From positions 3,392,001-3,456,000 of the forward strand of contig CH464491.1 of NCBI GenBank assembly GCA_000002445.1: a stretch of 64,000 nucleotides of DNA, read 5' to 3'. The DNA comes from Trypanosoma brucei. Lineage: Eukaryota. Positions 21,061 through 34,337 of the stretch are shown here, piece by piece. The position numbers were made by a program, and so were the translations under genes. Positions within the stretch are counted from its first letter, which is position 1, and each line of letters opens with the position of its first letter. The notes beneath the pieces were generated by a model. That model saw nothing but the letters and a program-made list of their open reading frames with translations, was not told the DNA's origin and ran no database searches.

Positions 21061-22395
21061 TTACTTCTTACCTGCTCTCTTCCGCGTCGCAGCAGTCTGC
21101 CGCCCGGAAGCTGTTGAGCCTCTAGGGTGAGTAATACTTTTACTGTCTCCACCGACTGTGCCTCTTCGACCCCTTTCTCCCCTAACACCGCTGCCCCGGC
21201 CTCTGCTATTCGCACCAACCTTCGACTGCCGTTGTTGCTGTTGCTTCAGGGGCCTCTGAGCCTGGACAGCCTTCCTGGTTTGAGATGCCCTTCCGACTTG
21301 AGGAGCCTTTTTGGTCTGTGACACCTTTCTGCTGGCTGGACTCTTCCCGCTCCCTGATGCGGCCCGCGCAAACGACGCTGTTCGCATAGCGTTGTCCTTC
21401 CGTTCACCTCGGGCAGAGGCACCTCGAGCCCTTGAACCCGCATGCTTTTTGGTTTCTTTATTCGAGGCGGCCTTCAAAGACGGTGGCCTTCCTCTGCGCT
21501 TAGCGACGGTTCCCTCACTAGAGGTTGCTCTTTTTTGTCCTCTTCCGGGGCTCGGGACGTCGGCATACACTTCGGAAGAACTAATATCGTCATCCTCGGT
21601 GCTTGCATCATCTTCTTCAGGATCTTGCAGCTTTACAAACGTATCATCGGGTAATCGTGGCGTCTGCGTCCCGTTGTCTGCAATCTCACCGTCGTCACCG
21701 CAGCGGTGGCCAACATTGTCACCGTCATCCACAATATCACCCGCAACACCCTTACCCACCTCGCCCCAATCGTCGGTCGCTGTTGCATAAGACACTACAG
21801 CGGCCGGTTGTACTGAGTGAGTGTGGACGCCGCTCTCCCTGGCGGCGCGGCGGACCATACGACTCACTTTCTCTTCACGAGCCTTCAGTCCCTCATGCAA
21901 AGCGGACATCTCATCCCCAAAACGGCGCTTCATTTCCGCAAGTTTGCGCTCTGCGTTCAACCGTTCCACGGAGGTGTGAAGTAACTCTTCTTCACACCGC
22001 AGCATGTGAACAAGGGGATCCTCAACCGGTTGCGGTACACCACCGTCTATCGCAGTAGCATCGCTGCACTTGTTAGCGCCGGTGCTGAAATAACTACGGT
22101 TGGCGTCGACAATGTATCCCCTTTCCCTTGCAATGTTGGAAACAATGGGCACGGAATTACCGTCCGCGGCAGTTGCTGTTAATGGCCGCAGCGGTTCCTG
22201 CAACGAGAGTTTCGATTGAGGCGACTGCTGTAGAGCACCCAAAGCGGCGTCCTCTCCTGAGCAAGATGGGTGTCTGTTGTCCCCTTGGGTAATGCCACCG
22301 GGCGCCTGTTGCAGTGTAGTCGTCTTCAGTGCCGCGAACAGCGGTACCAGTGCAACACGGGAGGGAGCCACACGACGGATGAGCGAGGGGAGCAT
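21061..22395 (-). CDS. Hypothetical low-complexity basic protein with an AT-hook-like KRRGRPP motif
   Basis: A 444-codon ORF starting with an ATG at 22395. It has an acidic middle (DDDISSSE) and a basic C-terminal third (KRRGRPPSLK..., GRGSGVRGERGRRG). Confidence 0.45.
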   Translation of the reverse strand: MLPSLIRRVAPSRVALVPLFAALKTTTLQQAPGGITQGDNRHPSCSGEDAALGALQQSPQSKLSLQEPLRPLTATAADGNSVPIVSNIARERGYIVDANRSYFSTGANKCSDATAIDGGVPQPVEDPLVHMLRCEEELLHTSVERLNAERKLAEMKRRFGDEMSALHEGLKAREEKVSRMVRRAARESGVHTHSVQPAAVVSYATATDDWGEVGKGVAGDIVDDGDNVGHRCGDDGEIADNGTQTPRLPDDTFVKLQDPEEDDASTEDDDISSSEVYADVPSPGRGQKRATSSEGTVAKRRGRPPSLKAASNKETKKHAGSRARGASARGERKDNAMRTASFARAASGSGKSPASRKVSQTKKAPQVGRASQTRKAVQAQRPLKQQQQRQSKVGANSRGRGSGVRGERGRRGTVGGDSKSITHPRGSTASGRQTAATRKRAGKK

Positions 22396-24093
22396 TGCTC
22401 AACCGAAAGAAGGGAAGAGGGTAACAGAGAATAACGACGAGTACGCAAAAAAAAAAAAACAATTAGCTATAAAATTTAAATAGATTACAAAGCGAATGGG
22501 GACCGTCTACTACTCACCCACTTTAGAAGTTTGAGTCCGTGCACCAGCTCAAGTAACCGGCACGCGTTCCCTCAAATGCCCTTCTTCTCCCCACTTGCCA
22601 AAAGATGAACCCTTTTCCAATTAACTACCTTTTCCTTTATGTCAATGATTGACAAAGAATTGCAAGTTTGCTTCCCAAGTTAGCCTCGTACGTCAAACTC
22701 TCCTTAGTCCCGCTGGCCCAGTCAAAATAGCTCGTGTGAACCTTGCAAACACCTTAACAACCGAAGAGCGAGTGATTGAGTCGATGTGGGTTTGGGCGAA
22801 AGCGAATGTCACGTGCCAGCACAGCCCACTATTTGTCGCTACAGGAAAATGAACGATAAAAACAAAAACATAAGATTCAAGAGGAAATGAAGCTAATATT
22901 CGTGGAGAATCGTTGCATAACAAATCGGCGGAACACAAAACGATTTGCGGGTACAAAAAAGGAGGAAAATCAGAGCACTCGAACACGCGAATGCAGAAAG
23001 GAGGGAGCACGATAGCGACCAAAAATAAGAGCAATAAGAAAAGAATATGCATACGTATCCCATCCTCTTCTCGCGCGCTGGAGTGGTATGTACGCGAAGG
23101 GGTTGAGATACGTATGCGCATCATCAGTGGGGCACGGTGACTCCTCAACAGGAAACCGGTGAGGTGCACGCAAATGTCAATGCCAGAAGCGATTAGTGGA
23201 ATGAAGAAGAGAATTGTTAGAATAGAAAAGGCAAGTACACTTGCATACTTTTCTCTCTTTCACGTGATCCTTCCCATCACTCCACAGTAACACTACCCTT
23301 ACCAAACCATTCACCGTCGCGACATGTTACCCGACACAAATACGAACCGATCCCTCCACGGAGCAAAATAACTCGAAAGAAAAAGTATCATTACCGTAGT
23401 GACAACGCACTATCAAATTCTGGAAAGCAACGATTGACATGTTGACCAACAGAAACGAAGATCAATGTCAACAAATAATTAAAAAATCTGTTTACTCACT
23501 CATTTCAACCTATCCCAACGCTCGCCTTTATTCCCCTTCTCATATTTTTCCTTTCATCTTCAATCCAAGCGCACTGGCGCGCAATGATGTTTTTACAGTG
23601 AAATCACCCCTCCTCCTCCTCCCCGCGCGCCCCTCATGTTCTCATAGTGTGACCGAAGGGAAAAGAAAAGACACGTAACTGCATCACGTATGAGAAATCC
23701 CATCCTTATGGACGGATACACATGCCGCTCACTTTTTCGCAGGTACTACAAAATGCTACCACGGCAAAGTGTACCCACACAACAGTTTTTATTTTATGAA
23801 ACTGTTTATCCCCTTACTTCTGTACCGTAACGAGAGAAGAACAAAACCCCCACCTCAAAACCGTTATCATTCCTACACAGAGGCGCAGGTGGGTGAATAG
23901 AAAACAGCTTCCCTCTTCAAAAGCAATACCACATATCATTACTAATGACGGTAAAGGCACAGGTGGGCAAAGGCAGCAGAGCTGACGCCAGGCCTGCCGC
24001 CCGTGAAATAGGCAGCCCCCAATTCTGTGTTGATGTTGGTGGTTCTCTGAGGTTCCGCGCTGGCATAACAGTGATACATTCACTACCATATCA

Positions 24094-27000
24094 TTACCTT
24101 GTCCGCGAGCGCTCCCGCAACAGTTTAACCTTTGCAAGGTGTTCTCCCTTGTATGGCGACTCCCACGCTGCTCTCATAGCCCGCTCCCCGTTAAGCCATG
24201 GCTTAAACAGCTCGATATATGCGTTGCTTCCCATAATGTACATGATGTATATCCCGAAGCAGAGAAGCAACATGAGCCACAACTTAATGTTTCCCACTAG
24301 CTCTATCGCCACGTAAACGCACCTGTTCGAGCCAAATACGTTTGGTAGAGCCGAGTAGAAAAGCGTCAAAAACGGAATAGCAATAAAACACAGCGCAAGA
24401 ACCGCAACAGTGATAAGGTTATAGCACACAATAGCGGACGCTGCGCGCAGATTAACCAAAAAAAGCAACAAAATGAAATATAGAGTACCGTAATCCTCCA
24501 CTGAGCCGCTCCGATACGGATGAAGCGCATCATCATCACCCAAAACGTAGTAGGTAAGTACAAATAATAAGACTCCGAGTAGCACGCCATCAACAAACCA
24601 CTTGGTAAAATAACCCCACCTAAAGAACATGTTCTCCCTGGACAAAGGAGGGTACAGCGACGGCAGAGACTCTGCCAACTCATCCTCCACATCTTTGTCG
24701 TACACCCCCATCAAAACTGGCTGAAGTGAACAATACACAAGATTGAAAAAAGTAATAAGCCACGAATCGATTAATACCATACCGGAGAAACCACTAGAAA
24801 TAGTGTAGACAACGATAGCGGACGTGAGAAAGGCATTCTTATGCAAACTGTACACGAGACAATGAGCATCGCGGTAAAGTGAAAAGCGACCGTGAACCAT
24901 GAGTAGCCGCTTCAGGAATCTGAATTTGGGAATCGCATAGTCACTCGCCAACTCGGCCTGCGAGCCCTCGAGCCCCATGATACCAATACCAACACTGCTC
25001 TCTTGTATCATAGAAACGTCATTAGCACCGTCACCAATCGCCAACGCAACGCCCCCAGTATTCTCCTGGAAAAGCTTCACTATCTTTGCCTTCTGAAGCG
25101 GCGTCATACGGCAGCACACAGCGCTACGACACCGCATACCAATAGAGAAAAATTCGCTTGTGAGGTCTGCATCACAGAAAATGGCGTCTAACGTCAGCCC
25201 GTCTACCACTAGCACCATCTTGTGAGTATCTTTACCGTACTGTTCCTCTGCGCTATCACACTTATTTGAGGCAGCAGAAAGTTGTGATCGAAGCACTTCT
25301 CGTATACGCTCACTCTTCAACTCCGTTTGCAGATCTGTGGTACCAGATAATTGGCTGCAAACATCGAGATGATGCACCATATCCTCACAGCCCGATTCGA
25401 TGATGCCGCTAGTGCATGCGATCGTCACAGCAGTCTCCCGCTTGTCTCCCGTAAGCATCCACACCACGATATCGGCTTGCATAAGAAACTTTACCGTCTC
25501 CGGAACATCCTCCTGCAGCTCATCGGATACAGCCGTAGTTCCAATCAGGTCAACATCCTTCTCTAGCAGCGCGTAGACTTCATGCAATGCCTCGTCGCGA
25601 TCGTTCAAGCGACACTGCGCCTCATTAAATTTGACCAGCCAATCCCGTGCCTCCTCCTCCGATACCCACCGCTGACCAAGGACAAGTGTTCGTAGGCCCT
25701 TCTTGGCAACCGAATCTATTTCCACTTCAAAAAGATCCTTCAAATCAATGTTCCGTGGGTTTTGTTTGTTCATGATAGACATCATGCTGCTATCCGCACC
25801 CTTCACGAGCAACAGAAAGGGAAGCTTCTTCCCTCTAGCATTGGAATCCACGGGACGGTCTTTTCTATCCTCTTCCACCGTCACTGGATGCGTTGGATCA
25901 CCTTTTTGATCCCCTAGAACCTTCATTGTCTTGTGTTGGCCCGATGACCTCGTTGGGGTCTCCCACGCCCGAGCAAAGCTTGGAGACGTCTGTGTTTCCT
26001 GAACCTTTCGGTGGTAACTTATTCGCACATTGTCCTGAGTACCTGTAGAGGCATTATCCATATCCGGACAACGACTTAAAAGCACGCTCATCAATTTTCT
26101 TTGAGATGTGAACTGAAGCTCTGCAACAACCTCGTAGCACATCACCTTCTGCACAACTTTCACAAAAACATGTTTGGAAGTTCTTCCCTGCAGCGCGAAA
26201 AGGTTGTCGCGAGCCGCACACACCAACGCAACTTCATCCAGTGACTGCCCTTCGTATATCTTTGACTCGTCCCTAAACTCTCTCACCTTTCTAGACATTG
26301 TGAGAGAGCGCTCATGCATAAGCGCATCATTGTGGCACGTCATGCGCCATGACGCACTGCCAGTGTGACCATGCAAGAAACGCCCAACACCAGTCGATGG
26401 GGAGGCGCCGAAGACAGAACCGCTTCCGGGGGTTATGCTTGACACCCGACGGTGACACACCATCTCAACCGCGTCAGTTGTGCCACTGCACCCCATTATT
26501 CGATTATTATTCGGTAATGTGGCATCTGCCGCAGATGGGCGACGCGTGAAGGCGTGCTGGGAGCCTGGGGGAAGTGAGCCACCAAGGACCGAATGACCGC
26601 TCGCCGCCGCTGCTTCCACGGCTGCGGCAACCGCTGATTCCACCTCAGGTCTGTCAAAACAGACAACGCTGTGGCAAAGCGACAAGTTGCGTAGGTACCG
26701 GAAAAGTGGTTCCTTTTCCATCGCCTCCTCATCGAAGTCGAATCGCCCCTGTTGGGGAACCTGACGGCGTTCCAAGGCATCAGTAGTCATAATTGGCTCC
26801 CCAACGGCTGGAGGTACACTGAGGCGTCGGGCCTCAACGAGCCGAAGGAATGCTTCGCCAAGTGCCCCTGGTCTTTCCTTCTCGTCATGCCGTTCGGTCG
26901 CTGTACAACCACCAACATAAGTCATAACGTTCTCCGTTAGGGTTCCAGTCTTATCTGTGAAAACGTATCTGACGTACGCTAGCTGCGAGTTCAGGCAAGA

Positions 27001-28803
27001 TGTCTTTGGCCTAGAGTAGCGCAGTACGCCCTTGAACTCATCGTAGCTCGCCATGCGTCTGTCATTTGCGATGAGATACAGTTGAAGCACTTTGTTGAGT
27101 TCCATCGTAACATACAACGAAATTGGAATGAGGAATGAAAGAAGAATGAAATTTGTCAGGTACATGAGGGCAAAGTATTTTGACGCTCCATACCTACTCA
27201 GGGCCCATTGGATGTACCACGTGGTATGGCCGCTTCCCGCTCCCTCAAGTCCGTTGAGTCTTTCAGCGCGCCAATGCACCGACATTGTGCATAGAGTTAT
27301 CAAAGCTGTTTGATGCACGAACAGAAGGATGATGTTGATAAGGTTGATTCGGCGGGAAGTTAAGGATGATTTTTCCCCCTTGCTTTTGAGATTGAGCAGC
27401 ATCTTGGTATTTTTCCCCGTGTAGACAACGGCGCAAAGAACCCACTCAGTGTTTCGAATAATGCAACCACGGGGTAGAAACTGATCAATGGAAAGAGACA
27501 CGACGCTCCCACATCGTAGGCGCAGCTGCCCAATCCATGAGTGTAAGTCTGGGCATGGCGTCGCCCCGCGTAACAAAACGCCCTTAAAATCCCCATCTCC
27601 CCGTGCGTCGTTCAATACGCCGTTTCCATCATTTGCCAACGCGACAGCAGAGCCAGGAGCACCCGCCCTTGGGTAAATATTGGAAGCAGTACCAGCGGCG
27701 AAGGGGTTTGAGCTTGAGCATAATCCAGAAGGCCCCCCCCGCACCCGGTCGCGTATATCCGACGTTTCAACAGTGCTTGACGGCACACGATCATCACATT
27801 CAGTGATGGTGCGCTCCTTACTTGAAAGTTCCAGCGTGTTGCACACACTTCCCCGCGTCTCCAACGGTGTGGGCGTAGCGGTACTGGTGCGCCCGTGCCC
27901 TCCTTCCGTTCCCTTCTTTGAAGTTTGCTCCGCAAAGGATTGAGTTACGTTCGTCGGTGGCGGAAGCTCCACACTCTGCGGCGTACCATCTTCCACCTCG
28001 GTCACCTCGACATCACGAAAGGCCGACGAAGCGCGAGCCCGCTGACCCGACGTACCCCCTGAGGTCCTCCCATTCTCTGTAAGAACATTCTGAGAAATGG
28101 CTCCTTTGCCGTTATCACCACCGCGGCTATCACATCGCTTCCACCCAACCAAGCTGCCGTTGTTCAAGAAGTGGGCACACGTGGCAGCATCTGGCAAACA
28201 ACCCTCAATAATATCCTCAACTGTCCCAAGTGCCTTTATCGTTTCTGGTTTTGCACGCCGTGTTTTAGCATTTGTCTCGCCATCAAGATTGGACGTTTCA
28301 ATATATGTCACACCATCCACCAGTGAGGTGTTCAACACAACTGCATCAGCCGGCACCACATCCCCAAGTCCGCAAAGTATCACATCGCCAGCGCGCACAT
28401 CACGGGATGGAACAGAAACAAAGTCGGAGCCACGGAGCACCTGCACGCCCACTGAGTTCACGAGTTTGTCAGACTTCCGACGCTTGCCATCCTCCCAAAG
28501 GTCCTTCCACATCCCAACCCCAACCACGATACACAGAGGCAACAGGGTACTGAGTGGGTTTACCGGACTCACAACGGGAATCATGGTGATGATGGTAACA
28601 AAAAGGAAGTATATATTCGATACGCATCGAAACTGGTTAAGCAAACTCTTCGGTATGCATGTAGCCAGAGTATATTTTGATGTGCGCACGTAGTTGGAGG
28701 GAAACCTACGCGCCGCGTTGAGGTCACCCCTCAAAATATTAACTTCCACAAATGACCGTGCATGATCGGTATTTTCCACTCCAACGTTACTATTATCCGC
28801 CAT
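24094..28803 (-). CDS. P4-type ATPase (phospholipid-translocating flippase) with large low-complexity insertions
   Basis: P-type ATPase motifs are present: DKTGTLTEN, MLTGDKRETAVTIA, and AIGDGANDVSMIQESSVGIGI. P4-specific N-terminal blocks are also present (RTSKYTLATCIPKSLLNQFRCVSNIYFL, ETSNLDGETN). The ORF-track start at 28812 is a TTG; the first ATG is at 28803 (MADNSN...). Confidence 0.9.
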   Translation of the reverse strand: MADNSNVGVENTDHARSFVEVNILRGDLNAARRFPSNYVRTSKYTLATCIPKSLLNQFRCVSNIYFLFVTIITMIPVVSPVNPLSTLLPLCIVVGVGMWKDLWEDGKRRKSDKLVNSVGVQVLRGSDFVSVPSRDVRAGDVILCGLGDVVPADAVVLNTSLVDGVTYIETSNLDGETNAKTRRAKPETIKALGTVEDIIEGCLPDAATCAHFLNNGSLVGWKRCDSRGGDNGKGAISQNVLTENGRTSGGTSGQRARASSAFRDVEVTEVEDGTPQSVELPPPTNVTQSFAEQTSKKGTEGGHGRTSTATPTPLETRGSVCNTLELSSKERTITECDDRVPSSTVETSDIRDRVRGGPSGLCSSSNPFAAGTASNIYPRAGAPGSAVALANDGNGVLNDARGDGDFKGVLLRGATPCPDLHSWIGQLRLRCGSVVSLSIDQFLPRGCIIRNTEWVLCAVVYTGKNTKMLLNLKSKGEKSSLTSRRINLINIILLFVHQTALITLCTMSVHWRAERLNGLEGAGSGHTTWYIQWALSRYGASKYFALMYLTNFILLSFLIPISLYVTMELNKVLQLYLIANDRRMASYDEFKGVLRYSRPKTSCLNSQLAYVRYVFTDKTGTLTENVMTYVGGCTATERHDEKERPGALGEAFLRLVEARRLSVPPAVGEPIMTTDALERRQVPQQGRFDFDEEAMEKEPLFRYLRNLSLCHSVVCFDRPEVESAVAAAVEAAAASGHSVLGGSLPPGSQHAFTRRPSAADATLPNNNRIMGCSGTTDAVEMVCHRRVSSITPGSGSVFGASPSTGVGRFLHGHTGSASWRMTCHNDALMHERSLTMSRKVREFRDESKIYEGQSLDEVALVCAARDNLFALQGRTSKHVFVKVVQKVMCYEVVAELQFTSQRKLMSVLLSRCPDMDNASTGTQDNVRISYHRKVQETQTSPSFARAWETPTRSSGQHKTMKVLGDQKGDPTHPVTVEEDRKDRPVDSNARGKKLPFLLLVKGADSSMMSIMNKQNPRNIDLKDLFEVEIDSVAKKGLRTLVLGQRWVSEEEARDWLVKFNEAQCRLNDRDEALHEVYALLEKDVDLIGTTAVSDELQEDVPETVKFLMQADIVVWMLTGDKRETAVTIACTSGIIESGCEDMVHHLDVCSQLSGTTDLQTELKSERIREVLRSQLSAASNKCDSAEEQYGKDTHKMVLVVDGLTLDAIFCDADLTSEFFSIGMRCRSAVCCRMTPLQKAKIVKLFQENTGGVALAIGDGANDVSMIQESSVGIGIMGLEGSQAELASDYAIPKFRFLKRLLMVHGRFSLYRDAHCLVYSLHKNAFLTSAIVVYTISSGFSGMVLIDSWLITFFNLVYCSLQPVLMGVYDKDVEDELAESLPSLYPPLSRENMFFRWGYFTKWFVDGVLLGVLLFVLTYYVLGDDDALHPYRSGSVEDYGTLYFILLLFLVNLRAASAIVCYNLITVAVLALCFIAIPFLTLFYSALPNVFGSNRCVYVAIELVGNIKLWLMLLLCFGIYIMYIMGSNAYIELFKPWLNGERAMRAAWESPYKGEHLAKVKLLRERSRTR

Positions 28804-29698
28804 AGCTGTCAAAAAATGTTGGTAACACTGCTCTCAATCACTTTAACCGAGCAAAAATTAAATAAAGCTATCCCACAAGGACAAATTTCCTTCCTGAGTC
28901 CAGCTTCTTCCTGCGTCCCTCCACGAACAGACAACGAGTGAGTTCCTCTCGGCCACAGCACGCACACAAACTACAACAATATATATAGAGTTAACCACTT
29001 ACGCTTATTAGAACGTAACTCTCCTCACACCCAAACAAACAAAACACGATACCGCGTTACCTGCGATATCACGGAGAGTTGGCTGCTAAGTCACCTTCTC
29101 ACTCGACTTACTCTCGCTCCTCTAATATTCCTGTGATCGAAAATATTCTCCACCAACTTTATGATTGCTCACTGAGTGCAGTGAAACGCCTACAGCTTTT
29201 ACTGCACCTTAGATGTGGAGTGAATATCTTGCAGCGGCTCCCTTAACCTTCTTGTGCTCCTGGGACGAACAATAAGCCGTGAGAAACTTTGTGCGTTCAC
29301 TTAAGAGTTGGAGGCTGACGGAGTAACACAACGTCGAATAGAGAGAGAGCTTCGCAAAGCCGTGAGTGCAGAGAAGGTAAATACCGCAAAGTATCTGATC
29401 CTATAATTAACAATACCTCTAAGTGATGACTGTGGTACTCCCCTAAAAAGGTACAGATGGTTTCACAGACCACGGTGAAACAACTAGATACCTGAAACAA
29501 CAGGAACGAAGGCAGAATTTGGAAGAATTTTTTGTAAGCCGAAGCGAATGATAAGGCAATGGTAACCAACAGAAATACAAAACATCAACATGTCAGGTCA
29601 ATAAAAACATAAAGACCACTGTCAGTGAACGAAATAAATAAATAAAACTTTAACAAGATAATCCGCAGATAACCGCTAAGCATGAAGTGATAGGTACA

Positions 29699-30151
<453 letters not shown>

Positions 30152-30389
30152 CTACGGGAATGCAAGAAGTGCCACAGATTAGGAACACGAGAAGGGTAAT
30201 ACAGCAAAGTAATAACCAGGCCAGCCACGGGTGTCCTGGATGACGAAAGAACCCGTAGACCATTCACTATGACCCTTACCTTTACCGAACGAAAAGCAAG
30301 GAACACGAACAGGGGGAAAAAAAAAAAGAAATGAGGCATGTTTCACAGATAACCCGCAGATAACCGCTAAGCATGAAGTGATAGGTACA

Positions 30390-30839
<450 letters not shown>

Positions 30840-31387
30840 CTAGCGTCCCTAGATCGCCAGCGGCGCAGTCGTGCGAATAACGTAGCAGAAACTACTTACA
30901 CGTGCATAAAGAACGAGGGAGACCAAACTGAAGCTGACCAGTAGGTGGGATTAATAAAAACGAAACGCCAAAGGGAAAAAACCACACAAGCAAACACAGA
31001 ACGCGCAGAAAGGTGAAGTGACGAAGCGATGCCGCGGAAGGCTACCTGCATTTGGCTCGCAGTAGACTAGCTCAAGGAACGAGTAACACCAAGCGAAGAA
31101 ACAGCTCAAGGGTGGAAAGGTTGAATAACCCACAGAAAAAGCAAACCTCAAACAACATCGGTGCTGTCAGTGGAAAGATTACTCGCCGGAGCATCACCCT
31201 TTACCGCTAACTTCTTGTTTTTTTGTCGTCCTCCTCCCACATGCGTCGGAAGAAAGTTGAAGCAGCATTCCCACCCCCTCTACTGAAGCCGTCCCTTTAT
31301 CCCAGTGTACCATCCCTCTGTACGAATAACCACAGTTACCGCCTGCATCCCCGCCGTCATAGTAAGAATGGGACGTACCCTTTATGT

Positions 31388-31978
31388 CTACATGAAGTTC
31401 AGGCGATGAACCAATTCGTTGATAAACCTATTGTAGTCAATCTTGTCATCGGTTTCGTCTTGCTCCGCAATTGTCAGAAGTTCCTCTACTTCCTCAGGGG
31501 TTGAGCATTCACCACCTGTGGCGAAAAGCTCTGTAAACTGTTTCTTTGTCACAAATCCGGTCTTTTGCTTGTCGTAATGTAGAAAAGCGCTACGCATCTC
31601 CTCCAACATCGTATCGTCTACCTCGCACATCATTAACGAGAGAAAGTCCTTGAAGCTAAGCTCTTCCGTGTTCGTCTGTTCCCCCTGGCCAAAAACACGC
31701 ATCACCTCATGGAACTCTTCGTCTGACAAGTGTAGCCCCACGCTTGCCATAAGCGCAGAGACCTCCTTCATTGGAATTGATATTGTTTTTTGACCGTTAC
31801 TCAGTACACGAAAACCTTCCGCTAGCTCCGCGATGGTGTTGTGCGACACCGGCTTGCGGTAGAAGGGACGAGATGTGCCACGAACATCAGAAATGGGCTT
31901 GCCTCCCACGGCACCGCCCCTACTGAAATGATCCTGTTGACTAGATACAGGAGCCTTATCCTTCATACCTTTATCCAT
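31388..31978 (-). CDS. EFH5: EF-hand calcium-binding protein, an EFH5-like gene lying between the ubi-EP52 and calmodulin arrays
   Basis: The C-terminal half has EF-hand-like helix-loop-helix segments (DKQKTGFVTKKQF, DETDDKIDYNRF). Its position between ubi-EP52 and calmodulin matches my recollection of the T. brucei locus; that locus identity is established knowledge I recall, not something I verified here. The ORF-track start at 32008 is a GTG; the first ATG is at 31978. Confidence 0.7.
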   Translation of the reverse strand: MDKGMKDKAPVSSQQDHFSRGGAVGGKPISDVRGTSRPFYRKPVSHNTIAELAEGFRVLSNGQKTISIPMKEVSALMASVGLHLSDEEFHEVMRVFGQGEQTNTEELSFKDFLSLMMCEVDDTMLEEMRSAFLHYDKQKTGFVTKKQFTELFATGGECSTPEEVEELLTIAEQDETDDKIDYNRFINELVHRLNFM

Positions 31979-32659
31979 GTATTTCACACAAAATCTGGAC
32001 ACCAACACACCTACGGCAGTCTGTCGGACCTAAACCTGGGTTGTGGTTACTTCTTTCCTGTTTGGGGAGAACAATCAGAATAAAGACGGAAGCGTTAAAG
32101 CCATGCAAGCAAATGTTTGCAGAGAAAATGAAGTCTGTGTACCCAATGAGCTTCAGCGTTTACGTAGAACCTGCGAAGCACCGAGACATGAAACCGTTTA
32201 ACACAAACAGGTCCCTTTCACTGATGACAGCCGGAAAGGTCATATACATAACAAAAATGTAAATAAAGGATGAAATGGTTCCGAAGGAGTGAGGTTACAG
32301 ATCCGGGTAACGCGGTAACATCAGAATGTTAAAAAGGTCAAAGGGATTCAAAAATTCTCAGAGCAATCTCAGTACTCCTCGACAGTACGAAACTGATATG
32401 ATGCCATGTATCAAATCCTTCTGAGAATCTTAAGTGCCCCATATCATGTACACCTTATGCCACTTTTGCTTTTATTTCACGCACCTCCTCAACAGTTTCC
32501 TCCCCCTTTATCGGGAAGCACCAACACCCTTATCTATTTTCTATCACAAAAAGAGTTTTATACCAGTATTTTATCTCTTCCCAAACGAATACACAAACTT
32601 AACATGACGGAAAGGTAGAGAAGGAAGCCAGGCTCACCTCAACCATCTGCAAACACGAA

Positions 32660-33109
32660 CTATTTGCTCATCATCATTTTCACGAACTCCTCGTAGTTGA
32701 TTTGGCCGTCGCCATCAACGTCAGCCTCGCGGATCATCTCGTCCACCTCCTCATCTGTTAGTTTTTCACCGAGGTTCGTCATGATGTGACGGAGTTCAGC
32801 AGCGGAAATGAAACCATTGCCATCCTTATCAAAGACACGAAACGCTTCCTTGATTTCTTCCTCGGAATCAGAATCCTGCATCTTGCGCGCCATAAGCGTC
32901 AAGAACTCTGGAAAGTCAATAGTTCCGCTTCCATCCTGATCAACTTCGTTGATCATGTCCTGGAGTTCCGCCTCGGTGGGGTTCTGGCCCAGTGACCGCA
33001 TCACAGTGCCGAGTTCTTTCGTCGTAATGGTACCATCACCATCCTTGTCAAATAGCGAGAACGCCTCCTTGAATTCGGAGATCTGCTCGTTGGAGAGTTG
33101 ATCGGCCAT
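32660..33109 (-). CDS. CAM: Calmodulin, tandem copy 1
   Basis: [69 protein letters not shown]... gives four EF hands in 149 aa. Confidence 0.97.
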   Translation of the reverse strand: MADQLSNEQISEFKEAFSLFDKDGDGTITTKELGTVMRSLGQNPTEAELQDMINEVDQDGSGTIDFPEFLTLMARKMQDSDSEEEIKEAFRVFDKDGNGFISAAELRHIMTNLGEKLTDEEVDEMIREADVDGDGQINYEEFVKMMMSK

Positions 33110-33498
33110 CGTAAATCAAGTGGATGTTACTTATCAATGTTGCTTTCTTCCTTAGTTGTAACAAAAATAGCTCACTTGGAAAGCAATACGAAGAGAGAGA
33201 TCTCCATCCATCAGACGCTAATGGCCAAGACAGTGGAAAATGGTGCATAGCAAATCCCACTGACAACACAGTGTACTGCAAACTTGCTGTAGATACCTGA
33301 TTTTCTCTTAGACATAAGGCTCCCACATCTTGTTTCCACCCTCTCATCTAATCCAATGCTTCCTTTCCTCACCTCGGTACACAACAAACCATCAAACAAG
33401 AAGCAGAGCAAGACACGAAGGTGCAGGCCACACACACATCTCGAAAAATACATAAACGAAGGGAAGCTTATCTACATGTATATTTTAGGAGGCACGGA

Positions 33499-33948
33499 CT
33501 ATTTGCTCATCATCATTTTCACGAACTCCTCGTAGTTGATTTGGCCGTCGCCATCAACGTCAGCCTCGCGGATCATCTCGTCCACCTCCTCATCTGTTAG
33601 TTTTTCACCGAGGTTCGTCATGATGTGACGGAGTTCAGCAGCGGAAATGAAACCATTGCCATCCTTATCAAAGACACGAAACGCTTCCTTGATTTCTTCC
33701 TCGGAATCAGAATCCTGCATCTTGCGCGCCATAAGCGTCAAGAACTCTGGAAAGTCAATAGTTCCGCTTCCATCCTGATCAACTTCGTTGATCATGTCCT
33801 GGAGTTCCGCCTCGGTGGGGTTCTGGCCCAGTGACCGCATCACAGTGCCGAGTTCTTTCGTCGTAATGGTACCATCACCATCCTTGTCAAATAGCGAGAA
33901 CGCCTCCTTGAATTCGGAGATCTGCTCGTTGGAGAGTTGATCGGCCAT
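33499..33948 (-). CDS. CAM: Calmodulin, tandem copy 2
   Basis: Identical to copy 1; array period 839 bp. Confidence 0.97.
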   Translation of the reverse strand: MADQLSNEQISEFKEAFSLFDKDGDGTITTKELGTVMRSLGQNPTEAELQDMINEVDQDGSGTIDFPEFLTLMARKMQDSDSEEEIKEAFRVFDKDGNGFISAAELRHIMTNLGEKLTDEEVDEMIREADVDGDGQINYEEFVKMMMSK

Positions 33949-34337
33949 CGTAAATCAAGTGGATGTTACTTATCAATGTTGCTTTCTTCCTTAGTTGTAA
34001 CAAAAATAGCTCACTTGGAAAGCAATACGAAGAGAGAGATCTCCATCCATCAGACGCTAATGGCCAAGACAGTGGAAAATGGTGCATAGCAAATCCCACT
34101 GACAACACAGTGTACTGCAAACTTGCTGTAGATACCTGATTTTCTCTTAGACATAAGGCTCCCACATCTTGTTTCCACCCTCTCATCTAATCCAATGCTT
34201 CCTTTCCTCACCTCGGTACACAACAAACCATCAAACAAGAAGCAGAGCAAGACACGAAGGTGCAGGCCACACACACATCTCGAAAAATACATAAACGAAG
34301 GGAAGCTTATCTACATGTATATTTTAGGAGGCACAGA

